Origin: Acanthaster planci
Lineage: Eukaryota
Direction: 5' to 3'
DNA: 62,000 bases
Assembly (NCBI RefSeq): GCF_001949145.1
Contig: NW_019091404.1
Location: 2,604,001-2,666,000, forward strand
A program made the translations under genes and the position numbers. Positions within the stretch are counted from its first letter, which is position 1, and every line of letters starts with the position of its first letter. The notes beneath the pieces are model-generated. The model was not told the origin of the DNA. It saw only the letters and a list, made by a program, of their open reading frames with translations, and did not search any database. Shown here in pieces: positions 21,571-35,206 of this stretch.

Positions 21571-24500
21571 TAGGAATCAGAGGCGCCAACGATTTTCAAA
21601 ATGTGCAATGTGTTCAGAGAGAGATTTTGATAGGTCAGAATCAATGTAAAAGGATCAATTTGACGTGAATATGGCTGTGACTGGGTCGCCACAAATGGGA
21701 GCTGCTTGAGTATTTATTCTGTTCTTCGTAATCTTGCTATGCTGGGTGGATCTCAGTTAAACTATGGTTCCAGATTGGTACATAGTTATTCTTGGGAAAT
21801 GAGTCCATGAGAAATTTCGTCCAATATAACAATCCATCTATTACGTGTACCTCAGTTATTGTAGTATTGAAGGTTTTCAAGCTGTTTTTTAATCCTCTGG
21901 CTTAACAAAAAGTGATTGAGGTGCTGGACAAGTAATTCCATCAAACTTGGAATCTCTTTAAAATCACCCATTTTCCATTGTTGTACATTACATTTTAATT
22001 GTAAAGAGGAAGGTCTTCTAAGACAGAAGGTGCTCACCAGCTTAATTAGCTGTCAAACTTGGAATAAACAATTTTTGTGTAAGCGAGTTTCTTGTACAAA
22101 AAAATTTTTTTTGTAAGAAATTCTTTGAAAAAAAATATTTTTTTGTAAGAAATTCTTTTTTAAAAATTTCAAATTCTAGACAGTGCCTCCTGATGAATGA
22201 AAAAAAATCAATTTCAGTGAAAAAGTCCATCCAGTTGACAGTTTTCAGTTGTATAATATACAGGTTTTTGGTTTAATCATGTAAATATTTTTTTAAGAGA
22301 TGGGTAATATAAGTAAAGTACATATGGATATCTGATGTCTTCGTCCTTTTTGCAAGATTTCATTGATGTTACTTTTGAATAAAAAATTAATGGTAGCTTG
22401 AAGTCTTCATTTGTTCCCAATTCCTGTGCTTGCAAAGTGAAGAATCTGACTGGGTGAAAGTACTCTTTTCTTTGCACGGTTGAAGTTTAGAGGGCAGTTA
22501 CATCGACCGAATTATGAAACACAAACGTGTTTCAGATAACACCTTGTACTGACCTTTTTACCCGCGTGACTAAATGTGAATAATACCACACATGGCATAT
22601 ATTCCTAAGGGCACATTCAAACGCGCGAACGCTGCATGCTTGACTAGTTTATCTTGAATAGGTAGATGACCATCACAACATTAACACTATGCATCTTTGC
22701 CATTACAACACATCATTGGTCCAGCACGATCGTGACATAACTGAAAAAGGTATACTTAATCTCAAAAACAAAACAAAAGCACGGCTTACTTGCTTGCAAT
22801 AAAATGCTTATTTACTACTGCTAACCATGCTAATTCTATCGCGAAAAAGCACCAATTCATAATGCGATTTGACCAACCTTTCATACTCGCCTGAACTATC
22901 AAACTAATCTTTGCACACCGCTCTCATGCCGCCAGAACAGGAATTTTGTTCAGCGCAAGATTGAATATTGTGCAAAACTTCTTTAGGAAACACCATCTCT
23001 TCCTCTGCCAGAAAAAAAAGCCTTATAGATTTTAAATACGTTTAAAGAGCACATTTTCCGTTGCACCAACACCCTAATTTGTGGTGTAGGTTCTACTAGA
23101 CGTACTCCCCTGTTTTTTTTTAAATTTGGACAGACATACCGTAAAATAGGCGATTGGCAGTGTTCAAGTGACCAGGTAAGCTGGTAAGTCGGTCCCCCAC
23201 TTTCCTTCCGACAGCCAAAACTTGTTTTTCTCTCTAGACGTGCACAGAGGGAACCATCATTACATGTTCACCTGGGATAACAAACGAAACGCACTCACCT
23301 TTTTTAATGCTGCTTTGTGGAAGAGTTCCATCGACATGAAAATTCACCAGTCGTCAGAAGTCACACGGTAGACTTCGTTGCTTGACCATGCTGGCAATGC
23401 CGCCAGTCGAGCTGTTTCCCAATTCATTTGTGAGATCAACGCGTAAACAACGGCTGCTCTTGCTTAACATTCCAGTCTCACACTTTTGCGAGAGTTTCTT
23501 GTTGTCTATGTTGCGGTTAAACAGGGCCAGTAAATTCCTGCATATCTATTCGAAACGTACAGAAAAAACTGAACTCTCCTTTGAACACATCCTCACTGTA
23601 CCGCCACACAATACAATAGTTTCATTCACCGAAATCGTATCAGCGCTTTTACTTCCAACCAATCACAAAGCGCCAGGCGTGCGCGCAGGTGGAAACCCAC
23701 CAATAGCCGTTACGATTGGAGAATTATGCAAACAAGACCAGCAGACGACATTTCAGGGATTCAACAGAATACACGCACGGACATGTCCTTGGAAGTTTAT
23801 TTAGTGAAGTATGTTATTTACAGTCATGCAAATGTGACCAGAACTACAGTACTATAATTTTTTGAAAATCTATAAAACATTATTTCGTTAACTTACAGTA
23901 TTTTACGGAAGCTCTTCAATCTATCACTACAAATTTTACAGTATAAAATATATCTTGTATTTACAATAGGACGAATCAGTATAATTTTACCATCATCTTT
24001 TTATTAATGAATTCATGAGTTATTTCAATTACCATACACACATTTACCGTAAATTTACACTTACAAAACCAACAATTATCGAGAATTGGTGAATACTTAA
24101 AGACAGAAAATGGATTAACCCCAACTTGAGCAACAAAGGCACAGCGGTGCACATTTAACAAATAAAAAGTGTTTTTTCGCTTCCAACACTGGTGAGGATG
24201 CACTTTTCCTTTCCTTTACTAAAGGGGCCATTTCCATTTTTAAAACCCATACAAAATCCTTAAGTTTTACCTTCTATAATCAGAATCACTTTGAAAACTG
24301 AATCAGTCTTCTGTATTAATAGCTAAGACCAATGTGATGTCAAGGGGTTGCCGAGAAGAGAATGTCAGTAAACAGAATTATGCTCCATGCGTCGCATTTT
24401 GGATAGCAATATTTTGCTGTGCTGAGAAAACTATTGCATTCGTCAGCACTATACAGTTGGCATTTGCATATGAGTTTCCAGAATTTATTAACTATAATGA

Positions 24501-25470
24501 TAAATTACAGTATGCAGGATTGTAAGGTTTTTGAGCAAAAAGTTTAAATGCAAATGAAGCAAGCGGTAATGTCTTTAAAGTTTTGTAGTAAAGATTGATA
24601 ACTAAATATTTAAATATAGCTTCTACTACAAAAATGTGTAACATCAAACTAGAGCAAAGAAATCAAAATAATATACATAGCAGTTGAATTTATCAGTGAC
24701 GGCTGAAAATTTGTTGAATTGATTCTGAATACTTATTAAAGTAAATTAAATGCAGCAGAGAAGCCTTACAAATGCAAAGAACAAATACTGCACTAAAATT
24801 TATCCAAAATGAAACAGAAGTTTTAGTACAGTACTACATAACATAAGGATACAAATGAAGCATTCTAGATTAATAAAGCTATTTAAATACTTAAATTTAA
24901 TATAATTATAATTCGACTATTCTAAATTGATTAGAAATCACTATTAATTAACTTTCTATTAGAAAACGCTATCTTTAATTGTCCACATTTCGAGTTGGAC
25001 TTTCTCCTATGTACACGTCCAAATATCTGAAAAATGGCATTCTCTTGACCAAAATGCAGGAGTTAAAGTTAACACTTGGTGGGATACATTGGTGATGCCA
25101 AGATGGAGTAGGTTGGCACTAGGTTTATTCTACACTCAGAGAATATTGTGGACCGGATGTAATAAGGAGCATTATTTCATTTAAGGGGCAAGGCAACTTT
25201 GACTGAAATCTGAAAGGGATACCAAGGCCCAGCCAGGCCCAGTAAGGGCGTATTGACGAGGGAGACTCTCCCTACAGTTTGTCAGAGTGCAGTTTGCATG
25301 AAGTTGTGATCACTGTAGGTGGTTGTAGAACTGCATCTGGTCAACACAATGTACTCTTTCTTTTAGTAGGATTTTGACACAACCTCTTCCCTTACATTCT
25401 CTTTTCAACAACAACTTACCCCTTGTAATTCACCTGTAGCTATTTCAAATTTCAATACGGTTCCCCCAGA

Positions 25471-28400
25471 CTAACTCTCAAACCACTCGTCTTGTATGCC
25501 CTCTTCCAAGTCCTCATCCACTGGGATATCTTCAAACTCCAGCGATCGGACCGAGATGTCAGAGAGGTTGTCCCCCTGAGGGTCCATCATCCCTGATCCC
25601 TGCCCCTCCCGACGCCTCAGCTCTGCCTCAACCTCTCTCCTGATGAGATCCTCATCCCAAATCACTTCCTCGTCTTCCTCATCTTCCTCCTCATCAATCT
25701 CATCTTCCTCTTTGTACGTCTTAGACATATCTGACAGGTCCCACTTTTAAAAAAGACCGTAATCCACATATCAACAAAACTGCACATTACGGAAATGCAG
25801 CATCAATTTTCACAATGTAATATCAAACTGCACTGCTCCTTACGGTTAAACATAATACCATAGCAGAGACATATGTACTCCAATACTGTAATGCTAAAAA
25901 GGATAATTTTCTGTACCTATGGGATCAGATATTTTTTTATGGGTGTGCTGGGATGTAACAAGAGGGGATGAAAGGGTTGTTATTCCCAATGGGCTCTCAA
26001 CTAAACAGATGCAAAAATAAAAACCGGCTCAAAAAATAGGTAAGGAGGGGATTCTTACTTCTAGATCCTCCCCGAAGTTATCAATCGTCTTAGACACCTC
26101 CTTCTGTCTCCGCCCTCCTCGGGGATGTTGCGGAGGTGGGGGCAAGGCCTGAATGGGTGACCTCTGACCTGTACGCTCCACATCAATCTCCCCTTGCATG
26201 TCATCGTAACGACCTGCCCCTCTGCCTGAATGGTTCAAGTTGGCCTGGGTGCGTGGGGGCTGCTTTTTGAAAAGGAGAAGGGGAGTATGCGGTTCACGCA
26301 GAATAAGACTCTGTACAGATTAAGGCAAGCAGAAGCATGCACTTTGCTTTCAATATTGCAGGTGGCTTTAGAATTGAAACAGGTGTCTGAATTTAGAATT
26401 GAAACAGGTGTCTGAATTTAGAATTGAAACAGGTGTCTGTTTGAAGCTGTACTGTGTGAACCTGTTGATTTTATGGGAGAACTTCATGAGGGTAAGCTTA
26501 ATTTTGTTAAATAAAATGAAAATGATGAGTTCTTGCATTTATAATTGGAGTTTTAGATGAGCAATCTACAAAGTTTATTCAAATAAATGTAAGGCATAAA
26601 TAGCTTTTAAATTAATTTACTTCTTTGGGACAGAAGAGCTTAAGGTATGTTGTTCTATTCAGACATCTTTATTCTGTGCCTGTTGAAGCTGTACTACACC
26701 CAACCCAAGCTTTGCCATTAAAGGAACTTTTTTATTAATTTGAAGTATAAAACTGTTTTCAAACAAAAACAATGCGAGGCAAGAGGCAGAGCTACCCACT
26801 TCATCGCTTTCATCCTCTTCATCTTCATGTATAGCAGCCAGTCTTGGCTCCTGCTTGGGAACCCAGCCTTCATCGCCATCATCGTTCAACTCACTGCCAT
26901 CTTCCCTTCCATCCTCGTACGCCCTCACGCTGGGGTCGCGACCTTCTTCCCAGCGCTGTGCTGCCTCTTCTCTGATTCTCTGGCGCTGCTGGCGAGCTAT
27001 GAGGTACAAAACCTGGAGTTTGGTTCGCTTGGTTAAGGAGTGTACCGAGTATTTATTTTGAATCATTCCACTGGTCTGCTGCTATAGAGGATTTTCAGTC
27101 ACATGATTTTTGATGGTCAGCATTCAATTTACACAAATATGCGTGCAAATGCACATGCCTTTGAATTCTCTCAACATTCTGCCAATAGAAATACACAGAC
27201 TCCAACATGCACGTACCTCCAAGGACATGGAACACTTCCTGATATGCCTCTGCCCATCATGTTACGTCACATGAAAATCTTCTATTGCTGGTAGGATTAT
27301 GTGTTGTAAAGCAGATGACGGTGGAAGGTATGGAGTGACTTTGATTATAAAAATACTACCAGTTTATGTTGATGATGGAGATAGAACCAAGGAAGCTGGA
27401 GACCATGAAAATGATAATGATAAGAATTCATGAGGATGATCTTCTCCATGACAGAGATATTCCAGTGTGACGAGAAGTGAACATAAAATGATAAAGGACT
27501 GCCAAAACGTTCTCATAAACTCCAAATTAGCAAAGGATACTATTACATCAAAAAGTGTGCACACCGTACTGGAAAAAAAAGGAAATATTTTTAGTAATTC
27601 ATTACAAAAGGAACTAATGAATATGTAAGCAATATATCTAACTTCCATATTTTAACATCCTTCAAAACGTATCATCATTTAAAACTTGATTACCTGATTA
27701 TACAGATAAGCAAAAAAAATGACTGGAGTGGGATTTGAACCTGCAATCTCCAGAATACCATACCAGTGCTCTACCAACTGAGCTAAATATCCAGCCCTAT
27801 GTTTATGGCTCTTCCCATTTGTCAATATCTTTGTTTGGAGGAGCGCAAGCCAGAAGCCATTAAACCTGAAACAACAGGTAGCCGGGGATCACACCCTAGT
27901 AACACAATACAACCTGGGAAGTGGTGAACAGGGATCATTCTAAAAGGATGAGGCTTTTGAACATAAATCATGAAAGAAACAATAAAGTTTGCTTCATGAC
28001 TTTAAAAATTTGTTTCAGGACTTTAAAACGTGCATTTTTCATTGTAATGAGGTTAATAATGCTTCCGTGCTGACCAAAATGCTTATTCATGAATATGTAT
28101 GGTCTTCAATTTACAAAAATTCAAGACAGATTGAATTAAAAACAGAAAATTGAAGTCAACTTACCAAATGAGTAACCATGGCAATGCATTGAGCAAGAAG
28201 TCAAGTCCCTGATCATATATTATGATTGAGAGTACATAGCAGATGTTGGCCAAAATGGCAAAATTGTTAACGTGGGCATGGCGCAGCAGGTAATCGCTTT
28301 GTCGGAACTGTAAAATGATCAAAATAAGTCTGCTTAACTTGAACAACTGGTCAATCAAATGACAGCAAATACAAACATAATTTCTACATTTACAGTCCTC

Positions 28401-31031
28401 TATTTGAATTCTTCCAGGTTTTGCTGTGAGTTGAATATTTCAAAATGGTAATTCAGGATAAACAAACACTTCTCAATTTAATATCTAAAACAGGAGGCAA
28501 ACATGAAACAAATTCCCTTTTGTGTTTGATGAAGTCCGTAACAAATTATAATTTCAGGGGTTTTACAAAGATCTGTTGGTTTAGCAGTGGGAGAGATAAC
28601 ATTGGCAATGCAGCAACCTACACTAAGATTCTGAATCTATCTAGTACTGAGATACTCCCCAAAGGGGGAAGGGGCCATTGGGCATGGGCCCCTAGGTAAG
28701 CACCTGCCCCCCAACTTGCCATCCTCCCATAAGCAAAAACCATGAGCATCAAATGATCTATTGCTCACTGTGCTCCCACCCATGCAAAAACGCTGGCAAC
28801 AGGGCTGTTTCAGAAGTGCCGAAGAGAAGATTCTAAGTCCTTTAACATTACGTTCATACGATTCTAGATGGTAACATGCTTTTGATGTCCCAGAACCTGT
28901 TTTCTATAAAAGGCAGTTGCTTCCAGTTTTAAGGATTTCATTATCACTGTGTGCATCCCAACTAAATTTTTCACAAATTCTCTTCTGCTTCTCAACACTT
29001 ACCCCATCTTTGACGACGGGAACCTTTGCCAGGCCATAAATTACAATGGCAAACACACCAAGAGTGAATCCAAAGTTGTCAAGACTGCTCTGTAACACGA
29101 AAGGACAGAATAAATGACTTCCTTGCACTTCAGCATATAAAGTCTGTCATGTAAGAGGAAGCAGTTTTAAACGATGCAGTAAAACAGTATAGTTTTACCT
29201 CGGAGACCATCATAAGCTTTCTACCAGGCCCAAATTTCTCCATCCTCCGTGGTTGCCACGGTGATGATGCTAGAGGCATGTAGATCATAGCTGGTAGCCA
29301 TGCCAGGAGTAGGCACATGATGCGGGTACGGTCACCATTCTGTTTGCCTCTTGCTCTGTCAGGACTCTTCCATTCACCTGTAGGGTTGTATATTGCTATG
29401 TACATGTAGTTGCAGGTGAACAATGATATCATCAGTAAATCAGTTTAGTATTTATCAATTAGTCAGAATATTTTACGAGATTTTAAACAAATTTGCAGAA
29501 CTGTACAAGATAATGTAACAATTTCATTATGATAATTTTGTGTTAATAGGAAAACTGTTTACAAAATGAGTTTATAACTGTCTGAGCACAACTTCAAAGC
29601 TAAAGACTTGCTAAGTTTTCAGAATAAACTGATCGTAAAATCGTAAAATCCTGCAAAATGTAGAACTATGACAGGCAACATTTTCATCTTGAAACTCACA
29701 GTACATAAAACAAATAAGCATATTGAACTTACTGTAAGGAATTCCATCTGATTGCTGGGGTTTAGTTATGCAGCGGGTGAAGACGTAATGAATAAAGAAG
29801 ACAAGGTCAGCTCCAACAAAATAGCCAGCAATCAACACCTGCACAGAATCCAAATTATCCCCATACAATAAGTAAGCTTGGGGAAATGGGCTATCAAAGC
29901 ATCAAAAACTGTAAGAAGGACAATAATTAATCGTTAAATTCAAATAAGTAAATTTTGTTCAATTGAAGCAACGAAAAAAAAAGAAACATTTTAATCAAAT
30001 TTCAGCAATAACAAGAGAACTTGAGAAAACACTTATGGCAAATACATGTGGTCCTCTAAAGCTATACAATTGAAATGCACCAGTGCCAAAATGGTTGAAA
30101 ACCTAGCTATGATTAAATTAAAGGTTTCATATCAGGAAAAATGTCTGTGAAACTCTAGAGTGGGTGAACAACTTCAGACGGGGATGCAGATTACCATCTG
30201 TTCCATTTTGAATCCAGTTCTATAAATGGACACCATACCAACCTGTGTTCCTAGCTGTCCTGACAGGCGAGCACCGACCACATTGCACAGGTTGGCAGAG
30301 CAAATATGAACCAGTGTGAAGAACTGCCTTCGACTTGCATTACCCTGGAGGTGCCTGGCCCTCAACAAGCTGTAAAAGAGGACAGGAAGTAATCAAGTGA
30401 ATCATTTAAACAGAAAGTGGCTTTATCCAGCAAAGGCAAACAGATTTTTATCTCTTTCTAGTATTCAGAAATTAATGAATGACAAAAGACGATGCTTCCA
30501 CATACCTCGTGAAACATAACAGCAAACAAAACAACAAAATGGCATGATTGTATGTCTTAAAATACAAATTAGTGACATAAGCCAATTTAAATGTAATCTA
30601 ATTTCAAAATTCAAAACAAACAAGGAGCAGCACAAAATGGATAATGGATTTACGTGCAGTTTTCAAAACTGTGCAAACAAACTTGAACTATGGAAAATTT
30701 TTGTACATTGATGATCATGAATTATGATCTCATGGGTGTCACAGCTTCTTAACACTTAAAATGGCAAAGGTTGTATGATTGATTTGCGACAATTTGGGTC
30801 TTTCCCCAGGGTATAAATCACTTACAAAAGGTGTGAGATCAGCCAGAAACAGAGGGAAACTATTGCAAAGCAGAAGGCCACATATTGCAGGGGGCTCTTC
30901 AGACACATCCCGAGACTAGACCAGACGATCTGAGAACCCTCGCTGCAGTTCTCCATGGCAGTGACCATGGCATGGGTGGTCTGATTCTCAACCTCTATGG
31001 TGGTTGCTATGGTGACGGTGGAATTATTCAT
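25471..31031 (-). CDS. TMEM44: TMEM44-like PQ-loop-family multi-pass membrane protein with acidic C-tail (520 aa, 10 coding exons)
   Basis: Exons 31031-30826, 30369-30243, 29838-29733, 29377-29199, 29089-29003, 28307-28165, 27568-27541, 27012-26800, 26259-26059, 25743-25471 total 1563 nt, open. Segments WLISHLFLL, LCNVVGARLSGQLGTQVLIAGYFVGADL, GPGRKLM, YDQGLDFLLNALPWLL, GWVP and DLEWD parallel recalled human TMEM44. PQ motifs are degenerate. A probable non-coding first exon ends at 31880 (GTAAGT donor) and splices to an acceptor at 31181. Minus-strand AATAAA at 23796-23801. Confidence 0.87.
26367..26439. repeat. 25-bp tandem repeat x3
   Basis: TTTAGAATTGAAACAGGTGTCTGAA repeated. Confidence 0.92.
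27013..27540 (-). other. U12-type (minor spliceosome) GT-AG intron of TMEM44-like
   Basis: Donor GTATCCTTT (27540-27532) and branch site CTCCTTAAC (27040-27032) about 20 nt before the AG. No pyrimidine tract. Splicing keeps the frame (TLFDVI|VLYLIAR). Confidence 0.88.
27721..27797 (-). mobile_element. tRNA-derived SINE-like sequence
   Basis: TAGCTCAGTTGGTAGAGC (A box) and GGTTCAAATCCC (B box). The anticodon and T arms are decayed. Confidence 0.7.
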
Positions 31032-32777
31032 CTTCTCAGGATCTGTAGAGCTGGTCTCTTGACAGGGAAACTAGTCTCTGGCTGTTGGAGTGTAGGTCTG
31101 AAGCCTCACCTCTGCACTTGGTGCATACTTGAGGTGCTGATGGATGATAAAGGCAACGGTTCTGTCTCTTTTTCTTGTAGACTGGATAGGGAAAGTAAAA
31201 ATATTCCACAAAATATAATTTAGTGAGCATGTCTGGCTTTTGTTTCATTTTTCAGAGTGCTCATGAATCTTTGATAGACCTACAGTTGTAAACAAGTCCA
31301 TTACAAGAGCTTAAGAGTAACCAAAGTCATTAAGTCTCAAATCAAGTGATTAACTGGCATCCTTAATCACTATTGTCGTCTGTGTCACATAACACATGGT
31401 GGGAAACACTTTGCTGGAAACATCTACGTTATTTGGTGTGTCCATTACTGCTAATGGCTTTCTGGAAACAAGAACTTATAAATGTCAACATTTACATTGG
31501 TCAGTATGCATTTAAATAACACAGCAAAAAATCAATCTTTCTTTTAACTAGAGCTTTCTCGTAGAACACCACCACATTATAGTGCCCAATATATTTCCAG
31601 AAATTCCATAAATGCTTTTCACCTGTTTCAGACGAGAACGAGATACACCTGCTGTATAAAAACACCACACGTACATATACACAGAATGATGTTATACCGT
31701 TAAATAATCAAAATGCTAATGGGCCTAACTGCAATAAAACAATTACCGCCTACAGCAGCCCGGACGCGTTGTGCAGTTTGTATTTCAGGTTTTGAACAGA
31801 AAAAACCTAAATGAACTGCGAAACCCATTTCATTAAAACAATTAAATGCAGGACAGATCGAAAAATAATTTGGACTTACCAAAATTTCAGTTCACAGATA
31901 AATCACTTGTGTCTTGCAGCGTTTATTTCTGCCGACCTAATCAATAAATAACACAGCCAGCATTTTCTTCTTTCCTATGGCGGCTGACTTCAGTTAGCGG
32001 CCATGTTGGATTTTACGTTGATCAACTTGCGGCTGTGAAAAATACACAAGAAGTGGAACTGAACAACGGGTCTAAAGGTCGCCAGAAATGAGACGTTATC
32101 AGTTTTTATTCCGAATTTTGGCAGCCATTAATATATGCAGGAAGATTATGCACTCGCCCCACTGAACTCCCACTGAGACAAGTTAATGATTAACCTAGTC
32201 CAGCCGGTACAGCGCGCGAAAAACGTCTGCCGGGAGTGTTTCGCTGCAATCGACTCGAAGTTTTACTCTCCGCTTTTCACACACTTTGTATCACTGGCCT
32301 TTTTGCCTTCCGGGAACGCATTGCCAAAATTGGGCCAGCACTGCACTCTGTGGGTCTCGCGATAAATCATGCAGCGACCGTGAAACACAATAGCCATCGA
32401 ATTGTTGGAATGCAACGAACGCAATGATTTATGCGAACTCAAAGTTTGGGGTCTTCCGTTCCTGTGATCCACTGAAGTTCTTTTGTAAAAAAAAAAAAAA
32501 AAATGGTGCTGTTGAACACAAAAGACGAGAGGTTACAGATCTTTACCCCTGCCCTATAAAGACTTGTGACCTTTTTTCTGCGTGGACATCATTGGCATTT
32601 TATATAATTTGGTCATTTTCTTCATTAAAAACCTCCCCGGGGTGTCTATCTGCCATGCAATTTCATTGAGGTTACTCTATTCCCCGTGTTGCCCCTGGCA
32701 GAGTATCCCCATGCTGATAGGCTGCAAGTTTATAGACAATATGTGACGTCATGGGCTTAACCTGCGCCTTCCAGCTA

Positions 32778-32953
32778 AATACGGGCGTTTCACAATGGCG
32801 CGCCTCCAAGAGTTGGTAACGCGTTGGCCAATCACAATGCGCGAAATCTGTCGACGCAACGCGCGTTTGGAAAGGGTTGACAGATTTCGGGTATTGTGAT
32901 TGGTCAACGCGTTGCCAACTCTTGGAGGCGCGCTATTGTGAATCGCCCGTATT
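32778..32953. mobile_element. Palindromic MITE, CpG-rich copy
   Basis: About 70-bp inverted arms AATACGGGCG.TTCACAAT.GCGCGCCTCCAAGAGTTGG.AACGCGTTG.CCAATCACAAT. A second copy lies at 36586-36760. Confidence 0.85.
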
Positions 32954-35206
32954 GACCGAACCTTTAGATACATCGTAATGACATGACTCGAAAGATGCAT
33001 TCCTTTTATCAGTCATGTTACTGTTCTCATACAAAGTGCACGTATTCAATGCCAGGCTTTTCTTTGATTTCTCAAAGCAAACTTATCTGAAACAACGACA
33101 AATCGCGGCATTTCCTTTCCCATCTCTCTGAGGAATTTATTTCAATCTTTCAATGGACTCTCTATACAGACATAAGTTAGGCGTTTCCAGAAAAAAGGTT
33201 ACCAGAACTTTTTTTCCGATATATTAACAAAGCTTTGTTCTGTATTCAAATGTTATTTTTTACGATTCCAGGAAGTAACTGTAGTAAACTCTACACAGTG
33301 ATTGAAGTTATCAAATAAGATCGTCCCGAAAATCCACTTTTAATCCTTTTCCACGATTTTTACTTTCTAAATACAAAATTGGGTTAAATGCGTATATAAT
33401 AGAATATTCAAGCAACTGCCAGAAAATTAATGGTTGTCGATGGTACGGCCAAATCTGGTCATCTTTCCAGTAAATACAAACACCTATGTTAAGGAGAATC
33501 AAAGAGAACAGAAAGCTACCATTCACCATAATTTACTCATTTTATAATGAAAATTTCAGGCTTAAGTTGGTTAGGAACGAACTTCAAGCTATACATATGA
33601 AACAGACTGGTTCATAAACCAGGCAAGAAATGTAGTTATACGGGCGACAAATTGCCTCGCTGTGGAACAAACACATTCAAGATATCTGCATTTCGTCAAA
33701 GAGAAGCGAACAAGCTCCAAACTTCGACGGATTTCCCTTATATAGCCGGTGGAATTATTAAGAAATAAACCATAATTTAGGGGGTTACTTTGGGAATATT
33801 GAACAATTTATAAGGGCAAAAGTGATAATAATTTTCAAGATAAAAACTTGGTAGTATAAGTTTCATTATCATACATTTGACAAAATGTTGACTACAACTA
33901 TTTATCTTTTTTTTCTTCAATTTCTGAAATTCAGAGAAAGCAGACTGCAACCGAAACGTCCATATTATGTCATTCCGCATTCAACCTACATTATCTCCTA
34001 TAAAATCACCTCTAATAAATATAAATATATTCACATATGCAACTATTTAAACTTTTGCGCTTCCACATCAAAATGTTTTAAAATGAAATTCCAAGAATCA
34101 AATTACCACTCTGAACCATCTAGAAAAACTAGTCACATCACTTTCATTTGATCTGACGTTTATTATACATTACAGAAAAACATCAGAGCCATTTTCCCAC
34201 CAATCATAACGAATAAATGTCAGTTATTTTAACCACATTAATCAAGCAAGACATGCGGAGAGGTTTCATGTAAAAAGGGGCGTGTTCTCTCCAAAACCTG
34301 CTTCCCCACTGGACAGATTCGTATCCGACAGACGCAGAAGCAATGTCCGAAAATATGAACATTGGGCAGAACGGCGAACTAAACATAACTCAATAAAATT
34401 TAGACCTCATCGGCGAGAAGTGGCTCACTCGTTAAACAGATGCGACAAAATACGGTATGCTAATCTAAAAAGTAGTTACCCGTTTAAACCGTGTGCATTC
34501 GTCATTTCGCTAGTACCTAGCAACCGACGCCCAATCAAATGACCGAATGGAATAAAAACACAAGATTGAAGTACAAGGCCTGAAAATGGTTGCCCCTGCT
34601 GCTTTTTCATGTCAAGTTAAATTCACGACAGATACCACAAAGAGATTACAATAAAAATCTAGCATTTTCTGTGACTCAGAAACGAATATTGGCAATACGT
34701 TGCTCTATCACTGTTATTGCCACGTTGAAAGTTTGGCGTACTGAAATCTGGGAAAAAATTGCTTACCGGTATAATTTTGAGGAGTTTCGTTATTCTGGGC
34801 AAATAAAACACAAGATCATTTTAAATTCTCCCCTCTCTCACTTCATGAAAGAGGTTACGTTGCAGCTTAAGAGATACAAACACATCAACCCCTTGAAAAA
34901 TAACCTATTTCTTTTCTTTTGAATTTATTTTAAAACATCAGTATCCTGGCTACTTCATCAAGAAATACATATCCAATCAAATTACTTGAATTTTCTGAGA
35001 CCCTTACTTCGTAGACAAAAATAAAGTGGCGATCGGGATTACGGTTATAGTTCTTTACAGTTCAGCTGTTTAAACCTAAATTCCAAGTTCCAAGAAAAGT
35101 TGGTCAAGGTGATAGTAAGTCAAGGGGGCACCTTGACTTACTATCACATTTTAAGGATTATTATGCGTACCTCTCTTCCGCCAACATAGCACACTTTAAG
35201 CACCAA

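Noticed and set aside
23299..23470. Possible selenoprotein: minus-strand frame ...SLPCDF-TGA-RLVNF gives a CxxU-like motif
   Set aside because: No credible SECIS was found by eye downstream. The ATGA...AAA...TGAT candidate near 22670-22720 lacks a paired helix II, and there is no resemblance to known selenoprotein families. SECISearch would be decisive.
31003..31016. X-box-like GTTGCTATGGTGAC (similar motifs near 28172 and 29252)
   Set aside because: They lie inside TMEM44 coding exons and are explainable by codon sequence.
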